Source: Podarcis vaucheri
Lineage: Eukaryota
DNA length: 64,000 nucleotides
Assembly: GCA_965113315.1 (NCBI GenBank)
Contig: OZ220369.1
Reading direction: 5' to 3' (one strand)
Part shown: positions 1 to 11,445 of the stretch, piece by piece
Layout of the letters: the number at the start of each line of letters is the position of its first letter
Position numbering within the stretch: position 1 is the first letter of the stretch
The notes under the pieces: model-generated
Told to the model about the DNA's origin: nothing
Seen by the model: the letters and a program-made list of their open reading frames with translations, nothing else
The model's database searches: none
Translations under genes and position numbers: made by a program

Positions 1-858
1 GGACTCAGCCACAAGGCAAATAAAGCCTTTCTTCTCTGTTCAAATAGGCAGAGCTCAAATTCTCATCCAGCCCTTGTTGGCGTGAAATGGAAAAGGGCCA
101 GTTCAAGATAATGGATTGTGCTATCAAGTTATTGCTTAACAAGGAAAATAAATAGTACCCAGCCCTTGTGTACACCCCTCTCAACGGGCGGACAGGTGTT
201 TTGGTGTCCAGTTAATTCATCCAGGTCTGACTCTTGCTTCTTCTGGTTCTTTTCCCCCCCACAGACCATGGGTGGTTCCCCTAAATCTGACCACAAAAAG
301 GCTGTTTACCTGCAGTGTTTCCCCCCTCCCCAGTTTAGATGTGCATTTACGCTGCTCAGGGTGTCGGATCATGCCCACAGAGCACCTGTGTACTTAAGTC
401 ATTAACAGGATTCTTTAGCTGAGATCTGTGCATTGCAAGGGGTTGAATTGGAGAACCCTGCAAGTGTGCTTCTAGGCCAACAAGTGACTGCTTTGTGTCT
501 CCCTTTCTACAACTCACCGAGGGAAAGGCTTAAGTTTGTTTCATAATTTCCTGGAAGATCAACCAGATTATTTCAGAATTAATGGTTTCTGGCCAGTGCG
601 CACATGTTTGTAACCTGGCACAGGGCTCCCCAAGCTGTGGTCCAGGCAGCATCAACTGCCCATGAGCTTCATTCAGGTGGTCATAGGGACTCTGTGGATT
701 TGTGATTGGAGACAGCAGGCAGCCCATCCATCACGCTAAATATTCATGTTGATTTTTAATTCTTGAAGTCTCCTTGTCTCAGACCACTTGAAACTTGGTG
801 GGCCATTCAGTGCTTTTTCTGTCTTTTTCAGCAACTGTGCTGTGCTGTGCTAGATTAG

Positions 859-990
859 TCATAGCATCATGGAATCCTAAAATTGGGTGGGACCATCGAG
901 TCCAACCCCCTGCGATGCAGAAACCACAACTAAGGAATCTGACAGATGGCCATCCAGCCACTGTGTAGAAACCTCCAGTGAAAGAGAGCC
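859..990 (-). mobile_element. Degenerate CR1 LINE 3' end fragment
   Basis: tcatagcatcatggaatc tail and gtccaaccccctgc motif shared with the CR1 copies at 56243 and 61505. Confidence 0.55.
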
Positions 991-1179
991 TGAGATGCCA
1001 AATGATTTCCAATCAATTTTTTTCCTGCTTTTATTTATTATATATTGCACTTAAACCCTGACTTCCTCTCTCGCTTCCAGGAATCACCTCTGCTTTCCAT
1101 GTGTGTTTGTGAAAGGTGGGTCTTGAGGGCATGATATCTGCATTTCCAAGGGTCAAACGAAGTCTTCTCTTCCTGTCAG

Positions 1180-1347
1180 TCTCCTCCAGGTATTGTCCAG
1201 GGGGCCATTGAAGTGGCGATAAAAAACGGCTACCGGCATATCGACTGCGCCTACTTCTACGACAATGAGGGGGCCATCGGGGAAGCTTTCGAGAAAGTCT
1301 TGAAGGAAGGGCTAGTGAAGAGAGAGGACCTTTTTTTTGTCAGTAAG
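1180..1347 (+). CDS. AKR1-family exon 2 (SPPGIVQ...GYRHIDCAYFY...LFFVSK; catalytic Asp, Tyr, Lys)
   Basis: cag acceptor at 1177-1179, gtgag donor at 1348; 168 nt. Confidence 0.95.
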
Positions 1348-1352
1348 GTGAG

Positions 1353-1376
1353 CTGCTGCTGCTGCTGCTGCTGCTG
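1353..1376 (+). repeat. (CTG)8 microsatellite just after the AKR exon 2 donor
   Basis: Direct reading. Confidence 0.9.
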
Positions 1377-1532
1377 TCAAGACACTATGAAGCTATGAAT
1401 GCAAGTCCCTGGGGGAGGCTGGGTCTGAAATAAGCTTTGAAAGCAAAATCCAAAAGTCTGAAGTTTCTAGTTCGGAGCTTCAAGTTCAAATTTCAGAGAC
1501 TGGATTTCCAAATTTGCATCTTGGTTATATAA

Positions 1533-1533
<1 letters not shown>

Positions 1534-1584
<51 letters not shown>

Positions 1585-1723
1585 TAAAAAAATATATTAT
1601 TATTTATACCCTACCCATCTGGCTGGGATTCCCCAGCCACTCTGGGCGGCTACCAACAAAATATTAAAATACAATAGTCCGTCAAACATTAAAAGCTTCC
1701 CTAAACAGGGCTGCCTTCAGATG
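1534..1723 (-). mobile_element. (TAA)n microsatellite plus L2-type LINE 3' end (ccccagccactctgggcggc family)
   Basis: The same motif recurs at about 25410, 57480, 60160, 60340 and 61030. Confidence 0.6.
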
Positions 1724-2100
1724 GTTCTGTTTCCCATCATTTGGTAGATACAAAGGCAAGGAAGTTTACCTTGTTTATCGCTCCTCATTTGTCTCGTGAT
1801 TTTCCAGAGAAGATCCCACCATCGTATTTAAGCCTTTGGGGGGGGGGGAAGCCTTTTTTAAAAAAAATTACAGCAATATGTAAATAAAATTTCCCATTAT
1901 TTTGAATTCATGCAAACTTTTAGACATGCACAAGTTCTGTTTGGGGAGACGGACTGTTTCCTGTGATGCTCTGAGGAAGAAGAACGGCAAGGAGGGCTGC
2001 TGTCCTAGAGGGGCCTCTGGCCTGATCCAGACACAATGCATCTCTGATGTTCTAAATTGCATGTCTCCTCAGCCTCACTTGAATGCTCTTCCTTTGGCAG

Positions 2101-2217
2101 CTGTGGAATAGCTACCACGCTCCTGAAGATGTGAAGCCAGCTCTCCTGGAAACCCTGAAGCTGCTGCGCCTGGATTACCTGGATCTGTACCTGATGCACT
2201 CTCCCATGGGCATTAAG
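2101..2217 (+). CDS. AKR1-family exon 3 ([11 protein letters not shown]...[16 protein letters not shown]; catalytic His)
   Basis: ggcag acceptor, gtgaa donor; 117 nt. Confidence 0.95.
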
Positions 2218-3906
2218 GTGAAATGGAAGTCCGCCTGGCTAGCCTGAGCAGCTCATTCTTCCAGCTGTTTCCCCAGAAAGGTCTCTCTGGAAATGCCCCG
2301 CTCTATCGAATCTGGAAGCCCCCACCCAATAGTCCTTGACTGAGCCAAGTTGGCGGGGGGGGGGGGGGACACACTTTGCGGCTACACAGGAGTCAGGGAA
2401 ATGCACTCTGCATCTGCTCAGGGGCATTTATGTCTATTTGCGTTTCGTACGTTTCAGTAGCACCAAGTCTGGCAACGCAGAAGAAAGGCTGCCTTTGGTC
2501 TGCTGGCAGGTTCAGTGTGGGAAGTTTGGATATTCACAGGTGGGGCTCACCTGAAGCAATGAAGCAATAGGCAGGCAGATCTGCCCCATGGAGAGGGATC
2601 CATGGGGCGGCTCCTCTGCACAAGCCTTGCAGAAATGAACAGGACCCGTGCAAGAGGCCAGCAGTCGTGTCCCGTTCATTTCAGTATGGCTCTTGCACGA
2701 GCAGAGCTTTCCAAACTGTGTGTCGTGACACGTTCGTGTGTCGGCTGAAGTGTGTAAATATGTCACGTGAGTGCTCCCCGTGCTGCTCCTGAGGCTGGAA
2801 ATGGGTTTTAACCTCTGGTTTGCTTGTAAAACTGAATTGCCGTGTTGCTGAAAGATGCAAAACTGAATGATGCCTCTCTAAAAAGTGTCACACCAACATG
2901 GAAAGCTTGGAAAGCTCTGTGCTAGAGGAATAATCTGTGTCTCAGGATCATCAGGAGGGAAACAGGCGCCACCTGGTGGCAGCAAGATGATCCAGCTTCA
3001 TCCCATCCTGGTGGCGGTGGCCTGTTTGTGTACCGTATTTTGCATGACTAAATACATCCATTCTATTTGATTATTGATCTATTAAATTTATATACCACCC
3101 TTCATCCAGAGATCTCAGGGCAGTTCACAAAATAAAAACACAAAATACATAATAAAGACAAGAACAAGGAAAACCCATAACGCCCCCCCACAAACACATT
3201 TAAAAGCACATGAAATGTCCTTTTAAATAACTAGCGGGGGGTGCGGGGGGCAATGGCGGGGCGAAGCATAAGAGCATTGGGGGGGGTGCCCTGGGAAGGC
3301 AGGTGAACAGGCAAGCAGACTGACAGAGGAGGAGGGGGGAGGTAGAGCAGAGCAGCCCCCCCCCATGGCTGTGGAGGAAGTCACTGGCGGGGTGCAAAAG
3401 TTCAAAAGAAAAATAAATAAAGAATAATAAAAAAGCAGTGCACTCTCCCCCTCACACAGAACATCTCCCAAAGTTCATGTGGGCAGATTGAGGAGCGGAT
3501 TTTAGCAGGTGCCCAGTTGCTAGGGCACCTTCCACACGAGCTTGAGAAAGATACCCACTGCTGACCAATCCTCTGTCCTGCTCTCTGCCATGCTCAGAGC
3601 TCATGGGGTACCGCCACTGCCACTTGGGTAGATTGCCGAGCCGTTGCCCCTTCGTCCCAGCCCATCAGCAGGTGGTGCCAAGGAGCTCCACCCCACCCCA
3701 CTCTGCTCTCCCCCTTTTCCAGCTGGTGCTGCTGGTCTCAGGGGTGCTGCAGAGGTGAGGGGGGGGGGGCTGCTGGGGCAAAGGTTTCAAGGGGTTCCAT
3801 CTGTGCACATTGAAGATAAGATGTGTGGTAGAGTCTTTCATTGACTTTATTCAGTACTGCACTGGTGGACTCAGGGAGTGCTCATGGTCCATGGGTCAGG
3901 AGGCAC

Positions 3907-3952
3907 AATACTTGCCTTGCCCCGGGCCCTGGCAACCCACACTATGCCACTG
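3907..3952 (+). mobile_element. Right terminus of an older copy of the hAT MITE at 9982-10128; left end possibly near 3230
   Basis: tacttgccttgccccgggccctggcaacccacactatgccactg matches the 3' end of the 9982 element. Confidence 0.55.
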
Positions 3953-4071
3953 GGACCAATATGTCTCCTTGCCAAGGGCGCAAGGGAGCTTAGGTACACC
4001 TGCTGGGGGGGCATGCCTTGATGGCTAGCACAGTCTCTGCCCCCCTCATGCTCTCATTCTCCTTCGTGTAG

Positions 4072-4149
4072 AACGTCAAGGGTGATACCTTGCCCCAGAA
4101 GGATGGGAAGGTTCTGCAGACTGATGTCGATTACGTGGACACATGGAAG
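4072..4149 (+). CDS. AKR1-family exon 4 (NVKGDTLPQKDGKVLQTDVDYVDTWK)
   Basis: Pyrimidine tract plus tag acceptor, gtaag donor; 78 nt; ends in the conserved DTW motif. Confidence 0.9.
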
Positions 4150-4861
4150 GTAAGCGACAACCACTGTGCCTCTTGCCACAAGTTGCCTGCTGGATCAGAG
4201 TCCTGCTGATAGAGACACCGCCAAGGAAAGGGGCTCCAGACTTGGGAGTAAGCCCCACTGAATTCAGTGGGCCTTACTTCCAGGTAGTCATGGCTAGCCT
4301 TACATTGTCATGTTCCTGTCCTAGGGACTAGTTCGCACACAGAATCATATTAAGCAACAAACACAGGCGGCTTTTTAGAAAGTCCACCTTGGATCCCTGG
4401 TGGTGGGAGAGAACAATGCTGCGAGGGCAGCTCACCTTTCTAAAGTCTCTCTCTCTCCCCCCCCCCCCGGTCTTTGGAGGGTTGTGACTTCTGATCAGTA
4501 AGATGCTGAGTTCGTTGGTCAGGTCCTGTACCTCTCCCACAGGCCTCCTAAGCACCATTTTTGCAGACTAGCAGGAGATAAGTGACAGACTAGCCTAGAG
4601 AAATGGCGGGGGCAGGTTGGGGCCCTTCTTCACAGCCCACACCACCTCAAAACACACTGGTCTACCACTTCACACCTTTGTCTACCAGCCATCGTGTGTA
4701 GAGAAAACACAACCAGATCTTCTTCCTTCCCATGTTCCTGTTGCCTCTAGAGTGACCTTTGCCGACCTGGTGCCCGGCAGATGTTTTGGACTACGACTCC
4801 CATCACCCTTAGCCAGGGACCAGCTGCTCTTAAACTTTTGGACTTGTCCCTTTTCTTGCAG

Positions 4862-4978
4862 GCTATGGAGAAGCTGGTGGATGAAGGCCTAGTGAAGTCT
4901 ATCGGGGTGGCCAACTTCAACCAGTGCCAGCTGGAGCGGCTGCTCTCCGTCGCAAGGATTAAGCCAGATGTTCTCCAG
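4862..4978 (+). CDS. AKR1-family exon 5 ([20 protein letters not shown]...KPDVLQ)
   Basis: ttgcag acceptor, gt donor at 4979; AKR signature 2. Confidence 0.95.
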
Positions 4979-5638
4979 GTATTCTTCTTCTTCTTCCATT
5001 TGGAAGTGTCAGAATTGCATCCAATAGGAGGGAGGCCATGTTAGACAGCCTTGGCCATGGGTTCAAATTCCCACTTGCTTGAGGATGCACCTGGTGACCT
5101 TAGATGCTCATGTTATGATCTCACAACATTTGCTCCCTGACTTTATTGATATGTGCCACCCCAATCTCCAAGCAGTGAGACTCCAGGGGTTCCACGTGCA
5201 TAGCCTGGGTTTGGTTTCCTTGTGGTGTTTTTAGGATGTATGGTGTAATTTGCACATATATACAACCTGAGCATAAGATGGAGGGGCTCACAGCATCAGC
5301 ACCCCAACAGATCTTGCTTCTCCATTAGTCACAGCTTTGGATTCAGCACAGAGCAAGCTGGTCTCTGTTTCTCTATCTTCCAGCCTGCTTCCAGCTCAGC
5401 TCTGTCTCTCACACTCTGGCTACTGTTCTCTTACCTAGCAGCTAGTGAGCAGGTGGAGGAAAGGCCCACCATCACTTGTAGTTCTTGCAACCTAGCCCAT
5501 TCTTTTGGGATGCTAATGAGGACACTTAAGTGGCCAGCTAAGGTCTTTGTCTTACAAAAAAGCTTGCCTGATATGTCCAGCAACCTCTTCTGTTAGTTTG
5601 CCTACCCATGCTCTAGGCTCTCTCTCTTTCCTCCACAG

Positions 5639-5745
5639 GTGGAGCGGCACGTATACCAGATCCAGCGCGCGCTGATTGCTTTCACCAAGTCCAAAAAGAT
5701 GGCCCTCACAGGATACAGCCCCTTGACATCCCCCAAGCGTCCCTT
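5639..5745 (+). CDS. AKR1-family exon 6 (VERHVYQIQ...GYSPLTSPKRP)
   Basis: ccacag acceptor, gtaag donor; 107 nt, ends phase 2 as in AKR1B. Confidence 0.92.
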
Positions 5746-6703
5746 GTAAGACACTGTCTTTTGTACCTTAAGGGCCCCCTGTTCTGCTCTGCACAACGTA
5801 CGCATCTTCAGTAGTTCCTCTGGCAGGCAATACTGGGTTGGGGGTGGGATGGCTAGCCTGCGAAGAAGGGCCTCTGCAGGTGGCGTGTGGACTTGGCCTG
5901 CATCCTGATTTCCCTGCACAGCCTATTGCAGAGAATAGAATATATCCCGTCTTTATTGAGCATTCACTCTGTTTTCTTTGGGTTGGGTATTTATATGACA
6001 ATAAGCATCCTGCCTCCATCCCAGTCCCTCTTTCCGTGTGTCATTTGGTCACTCCACACTTTCCCATCCTCATCACGTTCCAAACCTCCCCCAGCAAACA
6101 ACCCCCCCTCTTTTAAAGTGGATTGGTTGTGCTAGGGCAACAGAACCTTTCGACTCACTTTAATGGTGCAGACACACCCCTACAGTTTGGGGGTGTGCTT
6201 GGATCCCTCCTGAAAAATAGCGAGAGTCTGGAGGCACCCGAGTTACGTAAGGACACGGTTCTCCAGTGGGGCTTCATTCCTAGAATAAAGGACCAGGTGG
6301 AGTGGAGACGTCTTTAAGACACCCTCCCTTGCACTGAGCTGTTGGGAGTGAAGGACGTGTCCCCCCACCTGGTCAGCTCTTGCATGTAAAAGGTACAAAA
6401 CCAGAATCACTGGAGCAGTCAACTCATCAAAGGTGTTGTGACTTGATTTACTGAGTTAAAAAGATGATTAATCAGTTGATTAGATTCAAATGTGTGTTCA
6501 TATTACTCTTCTTGAGACACCGAGGAAAGGGAAGATGATTTGTAATTTGATAAACAAAAACAACCATCTGTTAGACCGCTAATAACCTCATTTTCTCTTT
6601 AATTTATTGCTACAAACAATTTATTGCACAAGCAAAGTAGATTGAAAACCAGACCTATCAATTAAGACATTTCCCCTCTCTCAACCCTCCCCCCTCCAGA
6701 TTA

Positions 6704-6872
6704 CCGTATTTTTTGCACCATAACACTCACTTTTTTCCTCCTAAAAAGTAAGGGGAAATGTCTGTGCGTGTTATGGAGGGAATGCCTACGGGTGGCATGC
6801 CTACGGATTTTCCTCCTCTAAAAACTATGTGCGTGTTATGGTCGGGTGCGTGTTATAGAGCGAAAAATACGG
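6704..6872. mobile_element. Tc1/mariner-superfamily (pogo/Tigger-like) MITE, minimal 169-bp form
   Basis: TIRs ccgtattttt...aaaaatacgg with TA on both sides; same termini as 43996-45170. Confidence 0.85.
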
Positions 6873-7004
6873 TAATTAGCTGAAGCTTTGGTTGCTTAAT
6901 CCACATGCTGATAGCCCCGGGCTCCTTTGGAAGGGAGGCATAGACACTTAAAAAACTAATTGATTAAAAATGCAAAAGAAAAAGAGCCTTGGTTTCCCCT
7001 CTAG

Positions 7005-7092
7005 CCCTCCAGGTCCTCTGGATCCTAAGAATGGCATGGAGGACCCTGTGGTGAAGGAGATTGCCAAGAAGCATGGGAAATCCCCAGCTCAG
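7005..7092 (+). CDS. AKR1-family exon 7 (PPGPLDPKNGMEDPVVKEIAKKHGKSPAQ)
   Basis: ctag acceptor gives the required phase 2; gtaaa donor. Confidence 0.88.
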
Positions 7093-8065
7093 GTAAAGTG
7101 TTCCAGGTGTGCAGGTGTGTGTGGAGGTGTGTGCAAATGGTACCTGTTCAAACAGAAAAGTCTCCTTTTTTGCAAGTTGACTGCTTGTGTCAGGAGTTAC
7201 GACCCAAGATCAGAGGTGGGTGGGGGGAATACAGAGAGCAAGGCAATGGTACCAGTTTCGAAAGTGTTGTATTAATTTTGCTTGTCAAATAATTCCCAAT
7301 CATGCAACAGAGCCACTCAAGCGCTGCAAAGATTGTCTCTCAAACTAGCCAGCCAGCCTAGTATCACAGAGGGATGGCTGGAGGAGGGCATTGGAGGGCA
7401 GCTCGCTGGGGTGCCCAGAGCCCTTTCCCTCAAAATGTCTGTGTCTCTAAAGTACTTACCATTTTCCTGCCGTTAGTTGTTCAGTCCAAGTCTCTTTGTT
7501 GACGAAGGCCAAAGTTGCATGGCAGGCAAGCTGACATTGCATATTCAGGATGCTGTTGCCCTTTGTGGAAGACCACTGCCCTGACTAGGCAATTTCAACC
7601 AGTCCTTGCCTTGACAAGCTGTAACTTCCAAGGAAAGGAGATCGCCTCTTGGTTTCCCAAGTCAAAGCCCTGCTTATCTGAGATGGTTCAAATTGCTGAA
7701 AGCTATTGTCGGCTGAGTTAACATCCAGTCAGACAGTTTCTCCTTCATTCAGCATGTGGCTGATTATATTTAAAAGAGTCGTATGATAGAGATAATGGAA
7801 GCAAAAGTGTCCTGAATACATGAGTCCACAAGGTTTATTGAACAATATAGCTGGTTTTTTATCATGGTTCTTATTGCATGTGCAGTTTTTCTTGAGCTAC
7901 TTCTAGGGCTTCATGTGAGTTAGAAACAACAATAAAAAATCCAGTAAAACATTTTAAAAAACATAACAAAACACCATAATGTTTTAGAATGCCTCTTCCT
8001 GAATGGCCTCCTAATAAACAGCTTCAGGACGTTGGTCAGGCTCTGACTTGGGTGGATCTCTAGAA

Positions 8066-8747
8066 CAGTGTTTCCCAACCAGTGTTCCGCGGCACACTAG
8101 TGTGCCGTGAGAGGTTGGCTGGTGTGCCGTGGGAGGGAGGCGGGCGAGTCGGGTGGTGAGAGGCGGCGGCGGCGAGGATCCGCATTGAGCCGGGGGCGGC
8201 TCCGCGGTGGTGGTGCCGAGGTTTCTCTCTCCATTCTCCCCTCACACACACACACAGGAAATAACACAGGATCAGCTGACAGGACCCAGCCAATGGGGCG
8301 GCGGTGGGGCAGTGCGTGCAAAAGGGAGGAGCGTGAGACAGCGGACGAGGAGGAGGCCGGCATGTCCGGGCAGCAGCAGCAACAACAGCAGCAGCAACTC
8401 CCGGTGACGGCTCCTCAAGCCCCGGGCAACCCTACTCCCTCACCGGCCTCGGCCGCCCTCCTGCTCCACCCGCCGCCGCCTCCCCCGCCGCCACCACCAC
8501 AACAGCCGCCGCCGCCTCAGCTGCCGCCGTCCCTCAGTCCCTCGCTCTGCTGCCTCCTCCCCCCCACCCCCAAAGCTTGGAGGTTCCCCGGCAAGGGGGA
8601 GGGAAAAAAATTGAAAACTTTCACTTTTGTGCGTCCCTCCCGGCGTGACGTTGCGCGCTGACGTCACGGGGCTGTAATGGTGGTGTGCCGCGAGATTTTT
8701 TTCATCAAACAAGTGTGCCTTTGCCCAAAAAAGGTTGGGAAACACTG
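8066..8747 (+). mobile_element. Non-autonomous hAT element carrying captured CpG-rich host sequence (RANBP9-like 5' end)
   Basis: Perfect 15-bp TIRs cagtgtttcccaacc/ggttgggaaacactg; perfect 8-bp TSD ctctagaa (8058-8065, 8748-8755). Confidence 0.93.
8362..8530 (+). pseudogene. RANBP9: Transposon-captured gene fragment resembling the RANBP9 N-terminus (MSGQQQQQQQQQL...[16 protein letters not shown])
   Basis: Matches the recalled human RANBP9 start MSGQ...QQQQQQQQL...AAAAALLLHPPPPPPP; mixed synonymous codons in polyQ and polyP, all in one frame; no SPRY domain follows. Confidence 0.7.
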
Positions 8748-9429
8748 CTCTAGAAGGCCCCTTCCTAAACCACCTCTCTTTGTGCCTTTGCTCTCTGAAG
8801 TCAGTGCAGGGGCAAAGAACGACCTTTGTTGTTGGTCTAACTCTAAGGATTGGGGAGGGACCATAGACTCAGAGATATAGCTGCAAATAAAACATTTTAA
8901 GTGTGCTTTAAGTGAAATATACAGTGTGACACTGGATGGCGATGACGAGCCTTAGGGGAAATTCAATGTATTTTTAAAAGCACTTTAAAAAAAAAAAAAG
9001 CATTTTCAGACCATTTTTTGTATGTGTGTAGATTTCACACATGAAGAAGCTCCCATGTTCAGTCGCTGACACTTCAGTTAAAAGATCGGATAGCAAAACT
9101 GGGAAAGACCTTGGAGAACTCTGTGGGCAAAGCATAAGATATTGGGCTGCATCATCTCACCTGATCTTGTATATAAAACAGCTCCGAATATTCACAAGGA
9201 TGCACCAGGGCACAGAAGCTGTAGCACTAAGATAGGAAGGGGATGGTAGATTCTTACATGGAAGCTTAATTGACTGGCACTGCAGAACTGCTACCTGCAG
9301 TTTCTCGGGGACATGAGTAAGAATCTCTCCCAGGTGACCAGGTGGGGGAAGCTTTTTCTACAACTGACAAAGGAAGAGCAGCAAAGCTGCCTTTCACAGA
9401 GTCAGACCACTGCTCCATCTAGCTTGGTA

Positions 9430-9627
9430 CAGTGGTACCTCAGGTTACAGACGCTTCAGGTTACAGACTCCGCTAGCCCAGAAATAGTACCTCAGGTTAA
9501 GTACTTTGCGTCAGAATGAGAACAGAAATCGTGCGATGGCAGCAGGAGGCCCCATTAGCTAAAGTGGTACCTCAGGTTAAGAACAGACCTCCAGAACAAA
9601 TTAAGTTCTCAACCTGAGGTACCACTG
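9430..9627. mobile_element. Tc1/mariner-superfamily MITE (Tigger-like)
   Basis: TIRs cagtggtacctcaggtt/aacctgaggtaccactg, TA TSD. Confidence 0.85.
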
Positions 9628-9981
9628 TACTGGCAACACTGGCCAGCAGTATCCAGGCAGAGGTATCTCTCAGCCGCACCTAGAGAGGCCAGGGATTGTA
9701 CCTGCAGAGACAGCGACTGCTTCTATTCATGCATCACTAACAATATCCAGAGACGTATGCTGGCAGGCTATATTATTATTACCGATAATATTTATTTCTA
9801 ACCACCTCCCTTTTCTGTTTAAAAACACACACATGAAGTGCTTACAGCAAAGGCACAGTAAAAATATTTGCAAGGCCTTTGTGGTGGCTGCAGTGTTGAC
9901 AGTGGAGGGGGCACTAGCCGCCCCCTGGGTGAGGGCAGCTGGTTCAAGGCAAACTGGGTTGGTGGTCCTGGCTCTTGAAAG

Positions 9982-10128
9982 CAGTGGCGTAGCGTGGGGG
10001 GTGCAGGGGGGGCCGGCCGCACTGGGCGCAACATCTGGGGGTTAGGGTTAGGGGGCGCAAATCCACGGGTTAGGGGGCGCAAATTACTTGCCTTGCCCCG
10101 GGTGCCTACAACCCACGCTACGCCACTG
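9982..10128 (+). mobile_element. 147-bp hAT MITE with internal TTAGGG units
   Basis: 17-bp perfect TIRs cagtggcgtagcgtggg/cccacgctacgccactg; perfect 8-bp TSD cttgaaag. Confidence 0.92.
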
Positions 10129-10246
10129 CTTGAAAGAGGCAGGTGTCCAAGTTTGTGATGATGAATGTTGCCAGTTCCCGGACACAGCAAGTACATGGAG
10201 AGCCCAAATGATGACCAGTCTCTCCTTATCGCCAATGTCTCCACAG

Positions 10247-10330
10247 ATTCTGATCCGCTTCAACATTCAGAGTGGCATTGCCACTATTCCAAAAAGCCAG
10301 ACTCCTGCTCACATCGTCGAGAATGCAAAG
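10247..10330 (+). CDS. AKR1-family exon 8 (ILIRFNIQSGIATIPKSQTPAHIVENAK)
   Basis: ccacag acceptor, gtaaa donor; IPKS cofactor motif. Confidence 0.95.
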
Positions 10331-11102
10331 GTAAAGTAGACGTCAAGCTCTTTCTGCTAACACCTTTATATGCTGCAAGATGCTGCAGACTGGAGGCTTA
10401 AAGGGCCGAAGTTTAGGATGAATAGTGTTGCTGTTAAGGGGCGAGTAAGCCCATAGATATCAAAGCTCTTCTTTTGAAAAAGTGTACTTGATTATTTAAA
10501 TATTTGTTCCTTTGGACTATTAAGCACTGAGATTTTAAATTCGCATGAAAATAAATATAAAAATGCAGCATTAAGCTAGATCTTGAAATGCCCATGATGA
10601 TATTCAACTCTCTTGTATTCCAAGCAGACAAACTGGAAATTAATGGGCAGGTCCATTAATTTCAGTGGAAATTACTTAGCTGGTTATCACCCCAAAAGAC
10701 CAGTATCACAGTTAAACAATATCAACTTAAAATGGCCAATTATTTTTTATTACAAAAGGGAGGGAGGGGTTCACCTTTGTAACCTCACCCAATTGGAAGG
10801 CCAAATACTGAGTTTTCAATGAGTTTTGGAGCATGGGTAGTGAAACTCTCTTATAACCCCACATAATTTGCCTCCCTCTGACACTGGTGTCAAAAGGTAG
10901 TTGGGGTGCATGAGAAAGATGTTTTTTAAAAATCCGTTAATATCTTTGCTACCAACTTGAAAGTAAGGGGGTTTAAAGTTTCTGTCTTGGGTATCAGGCC
11001 TCAGGTCCTTTGGGTTTTTCTCCTTTTCAAAGACTGCACCTACTGGCACAGTGCCAAGCCAAGTAACTCCAAGCAAAAGTCATTGCTTCTCTTCTTTTAT
11101 AG

Positions 11103-11191
11103 GCTTTTGATTTCCGACTGGCGGATGAAGAAATGAAAAAGCTGGAATCGCTGCACTGTGGGGCACGGGCTGTGGCCTGGGACATCTTAGG
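11103..11191 (+). CDS. AKR1-family exon 9 (AFDFRLADEEMKKLESLHCGARAVAWDIL)
   Basis: tatag acceptor, gtgagt donor; FDFxL..EM motif. Confidence 0.92.
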
Positions 11192-11249
11192 GTGAGTCTG
11201 TGCGCTGAAAACATTGGACACTTTAGGGTGTGCAACACATAATTATTTT

Positions 11250-11445
11250 ATTGCCTTATATCTCACCTTTTTCTTAAAGATGCTCAAAGTATCTTTAATC
11301 CCCATTTAATCCCCACAACAACCCTGTGAGGTGCATTAATTTGAGAGGCAGTGACTGGCACGTGGTCACTTATGGCCGAGTGGGGATTTGACCCATCGTC
11401 TCCCAGGTCCTAGTCCAACGCTCTAACCACTACACCACACTGGCT
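11250..11445 (-). mobile_element. tRNA-derived SINE (Squam3-like)
   Basis: Minus strand begins agccagtgtggtgtagtggttagagcgttggactagg (A box); acaaccctgtgagg core; related copies near 24430-24610 and 24970-25110. Confidence 0.6.

Noticed and set aside
1-1179. AKR exon 1 (MPxxGLGTW motif)
   Set aside because: No GxGTW-type exon found; it is presumably upstream of the window.
1348-1398. Poly-Cys tail of ORF 1213-1398
   Set aside because: Intronic (CTG)n read past the exon 2 donor.
8107-8661. 184-aa polyQ/polyP ORF as an independent nested gene
   Set aside because: It lies wholly within TIR/TSD boundaries and lacks downstream domains or exons; better explained as captured cargo.
10037-10078. 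True interstitial telomere or fusion scar
   Set aside because: Only three TTAGGG units, all within a MITE.
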